A stretch of DNA of 64,000 nt from an uncultured delta proteobacterium (GTDB lineage: Bacteria; Desulfobacterota; Desulfobacteria; Desulfobacterales; Desulfatirhabdiaceae): positions 96,001 through 160,000 of the forward strand of contig CAWBKP010000013.1 in the NCBI GenBank assembly GCA_963789395.1, written 5' to 3'. Position numbers and translations under genes: made by a program. How positions within the stretch are numbered: position 1 is the stretch's first letter; each line of letters opens with the position of its first letter. The notes below the pieces were generated by a model that saw only the letters and a program-made list of their open reading frames with translations, was not told where the DNA came from and made no database searches. Below are positions 18,285-27,318 of the stretch, in pieces.

Positions 18285-18761
18285 ATGGAAAACATCAATC
18301 GTATTCTTGTCGTCAGCAGAATGGTCACATCCAGTATTACTGCCGTTAATTACGGTGTGTCCCTGGCCAAAAAGCACGGGGCATCGCTGTCCGTCATCCA
18401 TGTGATCAACAACCCCTTCTCGCTTCAGGGTTGGAATCTCCCACTGCCGGATCTGGGGAAAGACTATCAGAGACTACTCAAGAAAAAGAGAGAGGAACTG
18501 GACGCAATCATCGGAACTGAAATCCGGAACGGCATGCATATCGAAGTGCTCATGCCAGAGGGTGATCCGACGGAAGAAATCCTGAAGACGGTAAAGGAAA
18601 AGAATATCGATCTTCTCGTCATGGTTGCACATGAGGAAGGCCACCTGGAACATTTTCTGTTCGGCAGAAGCAACCAGAAACTACTCATGAAGATGCCCTG
18701 CTCGATCCTCCTCGTCAAGAAGGAGCCGGAGGCGTGTATCGACAAGCCCTTTTGCAACTGA
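18285..18761 (+). CDS. Universal stress protein
   Basis: RILVV, LSVIHV, EGDPTEEIL, IDLLVM, LFGRS and MPCSILLVK motifs. Confidence 0.9.
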   Translation: MENINRILVVSRMVTSSITAVNYGVSLAKKHGASLSVIHVINNPFSLQGWNLPLPDLGKDYQRLLKKKREELDAIIGTEIRNGMHIEVLMPEGDPTEEILKTVKEKNIDLLVMVAHEEGHLEHFLFGRSNQKLLMKMPCSILLVKKEPEACIDKPFCN

Positions 18762-18819
18762 TCCTTCTGTCCTCAGTCAGATGCCTGTGTCTGTCGGATA
18801 GTTGATGTGGCGCCGGAGC

Positions 18820-19060
18820 GCGGCGATGAATGGCGCAAGCCGCTTGCTTGGGAAGCCAGCAAGGGTCTCTTTGAGCTGCTTTTCCCGAACCGGCCTGCGG
18901 AAGGATTTCCCATCGGTTATGTGACAGACGGCGTTCACATGCCGAGCTGGGACTCTGCTGCCGCAGATGATTAATGACCTGAGCCCGTGGAAAAATCGCT
19001 GGCCGGGAACGACGGAGACTCCGGGGGATGATACCGGCGGCGTTTCGGACGCAATCCTTA
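18820..19060 (+). pseudogene. glgP: Alpha-glucan phosphorylase fragment
   Basis: Hand translation gives MNGASRLLG...LFELLFP...PIGYVTDGVHMPSWDS...RWPGTTE, a decayed NGVSxLHG/TNGVH segment with stops. Not in the ORF track. Confidence 0.7.
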
Positions 19061-19112
19061 TGAGATATATCTTTACTCAACTCGTATAACAATGATGATC
19101 GTGGATGGACAA

Positions 19113-20024
19113 ATGAAGAGTAGACTCTGTTTCACGTTTGTCGGATTGTCATTCCTGTGCGCCGCTGTCTTTTCCGGAGGCTGTTGCAAATTGATCCTGC
19201 TCGATCCAAAAGGACCGGTCGGCGATTCTGAACGATTCGTCATCATTGTGTCATTTGCCCTTATGCTGATCGTCGTAATTCCGGTTGTTGTCATGGCATT
19301 GTGGTTTCCCTGGAAATACCGGGCCACCAATACCAAGGCGGTTTATTCACCGAAATGGAGCCGTTCCGTTAAGATCGAATGGGTCATCTGGCTGATCCCC
19401 GCCGCCATTGTTACAAGCCTCTCGATTCTGGTCTGGAACACCACCTACCACTTGGACCCCTATAAACCTATTGATTCAGCCGTCAAGCCCGTCACCATCG
19501 AAGCAGTATCCCTGGATTGGAAATGGCTGTTTATCTACCCGGATCAGAATATCGCCGTCGTCAACGAGCTCGTTTTTCCCGCCAACGTTCCGCTGAACTT
19601 CAAGATCACATCGGGCACGGTAATGACGTCCTTTTTCATCCCGCAGCTGGGCAGCCAGATTTATGCCATGGCGGGCATGCAGACCCGGTTGCATCTCATG
19701 GCCGATGAGCCTGGTGAATACACCGGCCAAAATCAGCAATTCAGCGGCCGGGGCTTCGCCGATATGAACTTCAAGGCCACCGCCACGTCTCGGGAACAAT
19801 TCGAAGCATGGATCCAACAAGTCAAGCAATCACAGGACAAACTCGATCTGATTAGATTTAAGGAACTCGAAAAGCCGAGCGTCCGCGATCCGGTGATGTA
19901 CTACGCTTCGGTAATGCCCGACCTGTTCGACCATATTCTGCATAAATACAATAAATCCATGGGTATGAAGTCCGGCGTCAGGAACATGCATTCCAGCTCG
20001 ACACAACTGAAAATCGGTGCTTAA
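19113..20024 (+). CDS. cyoA: Cytochrome bo3 ubiquinol oxidase subunit II
   Basis: Lipobox-like [37 protein letters not shown] and FSGRGFADM. Confidence 0.92.
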   Translation: MKSRLCFTFVGLSFLCAAVFSGGCCKLILLDPKGPVGDSERFVIIVSFALMLIVVIPVVVMALWFPWKYRATNTKAVYSPKWSRSVKIEWVIWLIPAAIVTSLSILVWNTTYHLDPYKPIDSAVKPVTIEAVSLDWKWLFIYPDQNIAVVNELVFPANVPLNFKITSGTVMTSFFIPQLGSQIYAMAGMQTRLHLMADEPGEYTGQNQQFSGRGFADMNFKATATSREQFEAWIQQVKQSQDKLDLIRFKELEKPSVRDPVMYYASVMPDLFDHILHKYNKSMGMKSGVRNMHSSSTQLKIGA

Positions 20025-20037
20025 AAGGAAAGTTGAC

Positions 20038-20735
20038 ATGTTCGGAAAAGTTAGCCTTTCAGCAGTGCCTTACCACAACCCGATCATCATGGGTGCCGTG
20101 AGTGGTTCGATTCTGATGGCATTGACGATTCTTGCTCTGATCACGTACTACCAGAAGTGGACATATCTTTGGAAAGAATGGCTGACCAGCCTCGACCATA
20201 AAAAAATCGGCGTCATGTATATTGTTCTTGCGCTGGTCATGCTGCTGCGCGGATTCTCCGATGCCGTCATGATGCGATCTCAGCAGGCCCTTGCCGCGGG
20301 CATGTCTTACGGTTATCTGCCGCCGGAGCACTTCAACCAGATATTCACCGCGCACGGAACGATCATGATCATCTTTGCAGCCATGCCGTTTGTGGTCGGG
20401 TTGATGAACATCGTCATCCCCCTGCAGATCGGTGCGCGGGATGTGCGTTTCCCTTTCTGAATTCGGCCAGCCTGTGGTTGACCGCAGCCGCAGCCATGCT
20501 TGTCATGGTATCGCTGGGGGTGGGCGAGTTTTCCAAAGCCGGCTGGTCCGGATATGCGCCCCTGACGGAACTGCAATACAGCCCCGGCACAGGCGTGGAT
20601 TATTGGTTATGGGCAATGCAGGTCGCAGGCATTGGATCGCTGATAACCAGCATCAACTTTCTCGTTACGATCTTGAGAATGCGTGCGCCCGGGATGACGC
20701 TGATGCGGATGCCGATTTTCGTCTGGACGGCATGA
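20038..20735 (+). pseudogene. cyoB: Cytochrome bo3 oxidase subunit I, N-terminal third only
   Basis: [29 protein letters not shown] and GWSGYAPL are present. It ends at MPIFVWTA, before the heme/Cu ligand region. Confidence 0.9.
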
Positions 20736-20749
20736 TCACCGGGGCATTG

Positions 20750-20835
20750 GTCTTCGTGCTCTGGGCTTTGCCTTGATATGGTAAATCTGGTGGCTGGCCG
20801 TGCTCACCGTTGTTTACCTGATGGGGGTGCTTTAA
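20750..20835 (+). pseudogene. cyoC: Cytochrome bo3 oxidase subunit III, C-terminal remnant
   Basis: LDMV...WLAVLTVVYLMGVL* directly before cyoD. Confidence 0.7.
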
Positions 20836-21164
20836 ATGGGTGAAAGGCATATCGATAGCAGCGGCGCGAGTCGGGGAAGTTTCAGGTCCTATGGCGTCGG
20901 CTTCATTCTTTCGGTTGTTTTAACCGCCATCGCATTCGGATTGGTGACCACCGGCACATTGTCCCGCACGGTCCTGCTGTGTGGCATCTTTAGCACCGCC
21001 GTTGCACAGATCCTGGTGCACCTGCACTGTTTCCTGCACCTGGATACCTGCTCAAAGGTGCGCTGGAACGTGATAGCCATCGTGGTCACCGTGTTGATAT
21101 TTTAATCCTTTATGTCGGGGGGACGCTCTGGATCATGTCCAATCTGGATTATCGCATGATGTGA
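20836..21164 (+). CDS. cyoD: Cytochrome bo3 oxidase subunit IV (frameshift near 21100)
   Basis: SYGVGFILSVVLTAIAF and QILVHLHCFLHL, with GTLWIMSNLDYRMM in another frame. Confidence 0.85.
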
Positions 21165-21175
21165 CTATGACTGAA

Positions 21176-21332
21176 ATGATCAATAAATTTATCAGCGTTA
21201 CCAAGCCTGGTTTGGTCTTCGGCAACCTGATCACCGCGACAGGCGGCTATTTTCTTGCCGCCAGGGGTGTGTTGATTTTTCCTTGCTGCTGTCGACCATT
21301 ATCGGCATATCCCTGGTTGTCGCCTCCGGTTA
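21176..21332 (+). pseudogene. cyoE: Heme o synthase, N-terminal fragment
   Basis: VTKPGLVFGNLITATGGYFLAARG...GISLVVASG, after which similarity ends. Confidence 0.8.
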
Positions 21333-21674
21333 AATTTTCCGAAGGGAATGGAAATGAAAAAAATTCTGATTTACAGCCCAATGGTGACATCAATTTGCAG
21401 ACAACACGTTTACGGAAATCAGTTGAATCGCTCTTTCGCGTAAACAGTATTTTCAGTCATGTATAAATATGCCATAAAGGAATACCCTGTCAAAAATGAC
21501 ATGTCGGTCTGGTTTGCGATGCAGTCACGATGCAAAGAAATATAAACGGAACTTGGACAAAGATAAGGGAGCTTTTAGCTGTAACACAGAACGCATATTT
21601 TGGGTTGAGGGCGAATGGATACTGGACACTTATATTTGAGGATTCGCCCGAACTGCTTCGGGAGGTTAAAGAAA

Positions 21675-22177
21675 GTATCCTCGATGCCGGCGCCTTCGGA
21701 GATACGAAGCATCGCAAGACAGCGCAGCTGGCCGATTCCATCGAGAAAGCGGACGGCTTTGCCCAGGTATTCCCCGAACACAAATTCGACATTATCGCTG
21801 TCCTACAGCAGCGCGGCCACATCGTCGGCATGACGGGTGACGGGGTAAACGACGCTCCTGCGCTGAAAAAGGCCGATTGCGGCATTGCCGAGACGCTGCG
21901 CGTTCTCTTGTTCATGACCGTCGCGATCCTAGTCTTTTAATTTCTACCCGATGACCGCCGTGATGAATCGAGATGCTGGCGCTGCTGAACGACGGGGCGA
22001 TCCTGTCCATTGCGTATGACAACGTCCATTACCAGGACAAGCCAGAAGCATGGAACATGCGCATGGTGCTGGGAGTTGCCATGACGCTGGGAGTCATAGG
22101 ACCCGTGGCCGCGTTTGGCCTGTTTTATATTGGTGAACGCTTCTATCACCTGGACAGATCGCACATTCAGACCCTGA
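21675..22177 (+). pseudogene. Plasma-membrane-type P-type H+-ATPase fragment, cut by IS21
   Basis: [38 protein letters not shown] and LALLNDGAILSIAYDNV. Confidence 0.85.
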
Positions 22178-22279
22178 TGTCACTGGGAATGCAAAAATGT
22201 ACCAAAAATGGGAATCGAAAATGTACCACCCATAAGCTGAACGTCATGGTAAAATCCTTCGGACAAGGAGGGATCAGCC

Positions 22280-23557
22280 ATGAAAACATGGGAGGTTCAA
22301 ATGGACATATTTGCATTAAGGCGGCAAGGGTTTTCGTTTCGGGCAATTGCTCACAAACTGGGCATTCATCGTGAAACTGTAAAAAAGTATTTACAGGAAA
22401 ACCGTCCTCCTGCTGAACAGCACAGAAGAAATCATAAGGAATCGATTCTGGCGCCTTTTCAGCAAACGATTGAAGATTATCCTGCACCAGGACAATTACA
22501 GGTCTACTTGGTTATATAATCAGATACTGAAAATGGGCTACTCAGGCGGATATGATACGGTAAAGAACTTTGCACGCAGCATCAAAAGCAGGCTGCAGCG
22601 TCAGGCGTATATCCGTTTTGAAACCATCCCCGGATTTCAGGCCCAGGTGGATTGGGCCGATTTTCAGGTTATTCAGTCATCAGCTCTGGTTCTCACTTTT
22701 TATTTATTCATCATGGTTCTTGGTTTCAGTCGAGCGATATACGCCGAGCTTTTAACAAGCTGCACGATGCAGGCTTTCATGGATGCCCACATGCGGGCCT
22801 TCCAGTATCTTGGGGGCGTTCCGATGGAGATCCTTTATGATAACATGAAGCATGTGGTAATTGACCGCAGACAGGGAAAGGCGAATTTCAACATCGAATT
22901 TTCCCATTTTGCGCCACCACTATGCGTTCAAGCCCCTGGCAAGTCCGCCATATAGCCCTTGGGTTAAAGGAAAAGTAGAACGCCCTGTGGACTATATCCG
23001 CGAAAGTTTCTGGCGTGGATATCCCTTCCAAAGCCTGGAGGCTGCAAACAGCGATTTGCTGGATTGGCTGAATCAGACAGCCAACTGTCGCATCCACGGC
23101 ACTTATCACCAGGCCGTAAATACCAGATGGGAGAAGGAGCGGCCCAGTCTAAGACCCTGTCCTGATTTTGGGCTATGATACCTCCATCAAAGTATACCGC
23201 AAGGTTTACAAAGACTGCATGATCTCCTACAACGCCAGCCACTACCAATTGCCTGCCGATGTGGTTGGGCAAAAAGTGCTGCTTAAGGTTAAAGATGGCA
23301 GCATCCGGTTTTACGATGATCAGCGTCTGCTGGCTACATACGATGAAGCTCCCTGCAAAGGCAGCTGGGTTATGAATTCTTCTTTTACAGAGCAGTTACT
23401 GAAAAACCGAAAAGAGCGCAAAGCAAATCCATATATTAAAGTCAAAGCCCGGGCCACCCGTGGACTGGTGGACGGCAGTTTGTTTTCCCAGGTAGCCAGC
23501 CGGCCGCTTTCTTTCTATGACCAGTTTGCCCAGGGAGGTGCATCATGGAGCAACTGA
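22280..23557 (+). CDS. istA: IS21 transposase (about 3 frameshifts)
   Basis: N-terminal HTH, RFETIPGFQAQVDW, GGVPMEILYDNMK, KGKVER and NCRIHGT, spread across frames. Confidence 0.9.
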
Positions 23558-24300
23558 TCTGTGATCGACTCCGGGACAATTTAAACCGGCTTAAACTCAA
23601 CCAGGCCGCCAGCATGCTCGATAACATTCTGCAACAAGCCGAAGTGGATCAGAGCTCCTATATGGCCTTTCTGGATCATCTCCTTGAGGAAGAAGTCGCT
23701 GCCAAGGATAAGCGCCGGGTCCAGACAGCCATGAAGACTGCGGGGCTGCCGTCAGCCAAAACCATTGATTCCTATGATTTCAGTTTCCATCCCAACCTGA
23801 ATCAAAAGGACGTCATGTCCCTGTTTGACCTTGAATTTATCAGCAAGCATGACAATGTGATCTTTCTGGGCCCTCCCGGAGTGGGGAAAACCCACCTGGC
23901 CATCTCCCTTGCGATCAAGGCATGCGCGCATGGTTTCAAGGTGTATTTCACCACCATGGACAAGCTGATGCAAAAGCTAAAAGAGCCTCAATCCCGGCAT
24001 AAGGCTTATCAGACTTCGGCGCTGGTGGTCGTCGATGAAGTCGGTTATCTTCCGATCGACAGCCAGGAGGCGTATCTGTTTTTCCAGTTTATTACCTGGC
24101 GTTATGAACGCGGCTCAATTGTCATTACATCAAACAAAAGTTTCAGCGAATGGCAGGAACTCTTTGGCGATCCGGTAATCGCCTCCGCCATGCTGGATCG
24201 CCTGCTGCATCATTGCAGAGTGATCAATATCCAAGGCCATAGTTACCGGCTTCGTAACCATGGCATTTACATGAACGAAAGAAATATCAACCAGGCATAG
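23545..24300 (+). CDS. istB: IS21 helper ATPase
   Basis: GPPGVGKTHLA, VDEVGY, ITSNKSFSEW and LDRLLHH. Confidence 0.95.
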   Translation: MEQLICDRLRDNLNRLKLNQAASMLDNILQQAEVDQSSYMAFLDHLLEEEVAAKDKRRVQTAMKTAGLPSAKTIDSYDFSFHPNLNQKDVMSLFDLEFISKHDNVIFLGPPGVGKTHLAISLAIKACAHGFKVYFTTMDKLMQKLKEPQSRHKAYQTSALVVVDEVGYLPIDSQEAYLFFQFITWRYERGSIVITSNKSFSEWQELFGDPVIASAMLDRLLHHCRVINIQGHSYRLRNHGIYMNERNINQA

Positions 24301-24440
24301 TCAGGAGCCGGGCGGTTGTTTGTCGGGGGGATTTTTTATGGATCCCCCCGACAAACACCGCCTTCATCTGTCCGTCACAAACGGTCGGGTGGTACACTTT
24401 TCAATTCCCGAAAATGGTACAGTTTTAATTCCCATTGACA

Positions 24441-25036
24441 TCAACACCTTCTCCAAAAACTACTTCGTCTGTTCGTATATCCCAGGTATCTTTTGATTCT
24501 CTCGGGCCGGCAATATTTAATATCTGGATCTGGTTTTCGTCAAGCCAGTCGATAACGTCTGATGCCTGGTAAGCCTGGTCAAGTTGCACGATCATCAGTG
24601 GTTTGTTAAGCTCCAAGGTTATTCTGGCGGTCAATGCCGTACCACTGACCATGGGACCGATGTTGATTATCAAAGTACCGTCTGATTCGAGAACATTCCG
24701 TTTCGTTCGTTCTTTGTAATCTTTCGATCCGGTCTCTGTCATTGGATATTTATCTGGAACTTGTCCATCTTCGGCCAATCTGCCTTTCGGAACGTATCCG
24801 CCGATCAGTAATCCAACTTCTATGCCGGCATCAAGTCCTGCTCGGTCAACGCCAGTTTGTCCACCGGATATGATTTGAACAAGTGTCATAATTATCTCTA
24901 CACGATCGGGTGTGATTTTCAGTTTCCGCCGGCAGGCTATACACCGCTTGTATACCGTTGCAGAATCAGGGATATATTCGGATAACACGAACACGGCGGA
25001 GCAGCTTGGGCAGATAAAGTGGAATGGACTTTCCAT
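24441..25036 (-). CDS. Putative molybdenum-carrier (SLOG-fold) protein with an in-frame N-terminal zinc ribbon; 3' end abuts IS21
   Basis: IISGGQTGVDRAGLD, RTKRNVLESDGTLI and LNIAGPRES, with CPSC...CIAC upstream. An alternative start lies at 24889. Confidence 0.75.
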
Positions 25037-25096
25037 AAAAAGACACTTTTGGTGAAAATGGGGGAGAAGAGCTCCCGACTATCCGATTTGCTCAGA

Positions 25097-25744
25097 TCAG
25101 ACGCGACCACGTATCAGTTGTACAATATCACCCAAGGTGATTTCGCCGCCTTCAATCACAGAACAGTTGAGTGAGAGCTTACCATCGAAGCGGCGGAAGA
25201 TGCTGCGAGTGACTTCTTTGTCTTTGACCAGCGTGTCGGGGTCATATGCGGTCATGATGCAGCGCAGGCGCAAGTCCCGAACACCGATGAGCACTTTACC
25301 GATGCGTAAAAAGCCGCCAGGCCATTCGCGTTCGGTCAAACCTTCGACGCCGCCGATCACGATATTGGGACGCAAGCGGCGATGGTCGTGACCGAAGGCA
25401 GCGATGGCACCGTCGGTGGCAACTAGCAATGGCAGCATGTCGAAGCGCTCAATACCATCGAAGCGCACCAGCTTTGCGCCAGGCCCCACAATGTCAACAA
25501 CCTCGGCGGCGACATCCTGACTGTTCCACAGCCGGCCATCCACCAGAGGTTCACCATTTGGCCCCAGCGTACCCTTATGGCCAAGGAAACACGGATGGGT
25601 GCGTGAGGTGATCACTTGCGCGTTGGCATCCTCAACGTGTACAACTCGGTCGCCATCGATGCCGTGCGGCCCGATGCTAACCCGTTGCAGCTTCTCGCCG
25701 GCCATGGTTTTGACTGGATATCTCCAGATTTCCGTGATCTTCAT
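25097..25744 (-). CDS. MOSC domain protein
   Basis: IWRYPVKTMAGE, GIDGDR, RRLRPNIVI and RCIMT; GAGG RBS. Confidence 0.88.
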   Translation of the reverse strand: MKITEIWRYPVKTMAGEKLQRVSIGPHGIDGDRVVHVEDANAQVITSRTHPCFLGHKGTLGPNGEPLVDGRLWNSQDVAAEVVDIVGPGAKLVRFDGIERFDMLPLLVATDGAIAAFGHDHRRLRPNIVIGGVEGLTEREWPGGFLRIGKVLIGVRDLRLRCIMTAYDPDTLVKDKEVTRSIFRRFDGKLSLNCSVIEGGEITLGDIVQLIRGRV

Positions 25745-26196
25745 TGCCACCTCAGTTTCTGATGGACTCCGATTCGTCTTCAAAAAGAGATTCTCTTTTT
25801 GGCTCGTCGCTGTTTTGGTGACCTACCCGAAATATTGAAAAAAATATTTGAAATGTCAAGCTTACTTGCTCATTATGTGCCGAAGTGTCGAATTAAATAA
25901 AGTTTCGATTTTGTTTTGGTATCCTTAAGAAAAACGACCTGTGAATATTTGTGCTTTGGATAACAAAATCAAAAGTCGAAGCTTTTGGTTCATCCAGCAG
26001 TTATGTGACTATTAGGATATATCCCCTGTTGCCAAGGGTTTCATGAGAAACCCTTTAACGCCAATTGTCTCAAAGTTAGCATTGTGATTTCGAAGAATTC
26101 TTTCCATTCTGAAGCCCGCAAAAAGTCGATTGTCTTGAATAACATCTGTATCCGGCGGGGATTGTTATTTTTTGTATCTCTTTCAATCAAAAAAGC

Positions 26197-27210
26197 TTAG
26201 AACTTCATTGCGAAATTCAGTCCGATGGATTGACCCTGAAACCGATTGTCGGCTGCATACTCGTAAAAGTAGTGGAAATTCATCGCCGCATGCCACGGCA
26301 CATAGGCCAAGCCGAGCTGGCCCCCCACGCCATGAACCTGCATGTGATCGCTGGGATTTGTGGCGTCGCTGCCGGTGTCATCGGTGATCTGCCAACTGCT
26401 GTAGCCTGCCGGGCCTATATCAAGAATAAGTTTATGATCATCCGTCAAAGGAAGATATTGGCTAAGGCCGTAATTGAATGTGAGGTTCTGGCCGGGAGTC
26501 AGGTCAAAATCCTGCTTGTTTTGATTAATTTCGTAGGTCAATGCGGTGGCCACCGCCATGCGTTTGTCTGGCCAGGGATACCACGTCAACCCGCCCTGGA
26601 ACTGGTGCGTCCAGTAACCATAGCCGATGTTATCCGGTGATGGATAGGTCACCTGACCGGCGTTCGGCAGTGTCTCTGTTACCGTGGTGTATTTTCCGAT
26701 TGGCGCGTAAAAGCTGTAGCCGAGCGCAACATCCCAGTTTGTCATCGTCCAGCCCAGCCAGAGCGGTTGTACTTGCATGTCTCCCACATTGAAAGTCGAG
26801 TTTTCTGGGTTGATGCCGCGGCCTCTCTCGGTGGACAGAGCCCCGCTCAAGCTGGTATTGGCAAAGGTGGGCGCGATAAAGGCTGCGTATTTTGCGCCAA
26901 AAATCTTCCACTCGGATACCCAGACAAAAGCCGGTGCCACGGCATAAAGGTCCACATTCACGTCCACGTTAACCGTAACGTTTTTTCTCGGTCCGATCTG
27001 TACAGATTCGACCTTGTTGCCGTTGTTGTCGTTCATCCTGTTTGTCGTGTAGTAAAAGTTGTAGAGCGTACCGTAAAAGCCCGGATCAGGCACGACATAG
27101 TCGCGGATGCCAAAGACGCCCGGCATGAAATGACCGTCGGCATGAGATTCATTGGTGACAATCGTCAGCCCGCAAGCTATCATAAGAATTGACAGTAATA
27201 AGCGTTTCAA
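26197..27210 (-). CDS. SphA/Phenol_MetA_deg-family outer-membrane protein
   Basis: Signal peptide, PDPGFY, GDMQVQPLWLGW and YAPIGKY...NIGYGYWT, ending in Phe. Confidence 0.75.
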   Translation of the reverse strand: MKRLLLSILMIACGLTIVTNESHADGHFMPGVFGIRDYVVPDPGFYGTLYNFYYTTNRMNDNNGNKVESVQIGPRKNVTVNVDVNVDLYAVAPAFVWVSEWKIFGAKYAAFIAPTFANTSLSGALSTERGRGINPENSTFNVGDMQVQPLWLGWTMTNWDVALGYSFYAPIGKYTTVTETLPNAGQVTYPSPDNIGYGYWTHQFQGGLTWYPWPDKRMAVATALTYEINQNKQDFDLTPGQNLTFNYGLSQYLPLTDDHKLILDIGPAGYSSWQITDDTGSDATNPSDHMQVHGVGGQLGLAYVPWHAAMNFHYFYEYAADNRFQGQSIGLNFAMKF

Positions 27211-27318
27211 GGGTTTCTCCTTTCATGTTTGGGTGTTAATTTTGATGGTCTATTAAAAAAAGCTATCAGGAGGGAAAGAAATCCTGGTTCTGTTTCCCTC
27301 CTGACGTATGTTGATTTT

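Larger units (their letters stand above)
22178..24440 (+). mobile_element. IS21-family insertion sequence (2263 bp)
   Basis: TGTCA...TGACA ends with imperfect ~50-bp inverted repeats, each holding two GGGAAT..AAA.TGTACCA units. Encloses istA and istB. Confidence 0.93.

Noticed and set aside
21333..21674. AT-rich stretch forming the first part of the 136-aa ORF at 21530
   Set aside because: Probably further gene debris, but I cannot assign a family. The ORF is a chance fusion with the ATPase fragment.
22470..23178. Programmed frameshifting in istA
   Set aside because: Three scattered shifts without clear slippery sites. They match the window-wide indel pattern.
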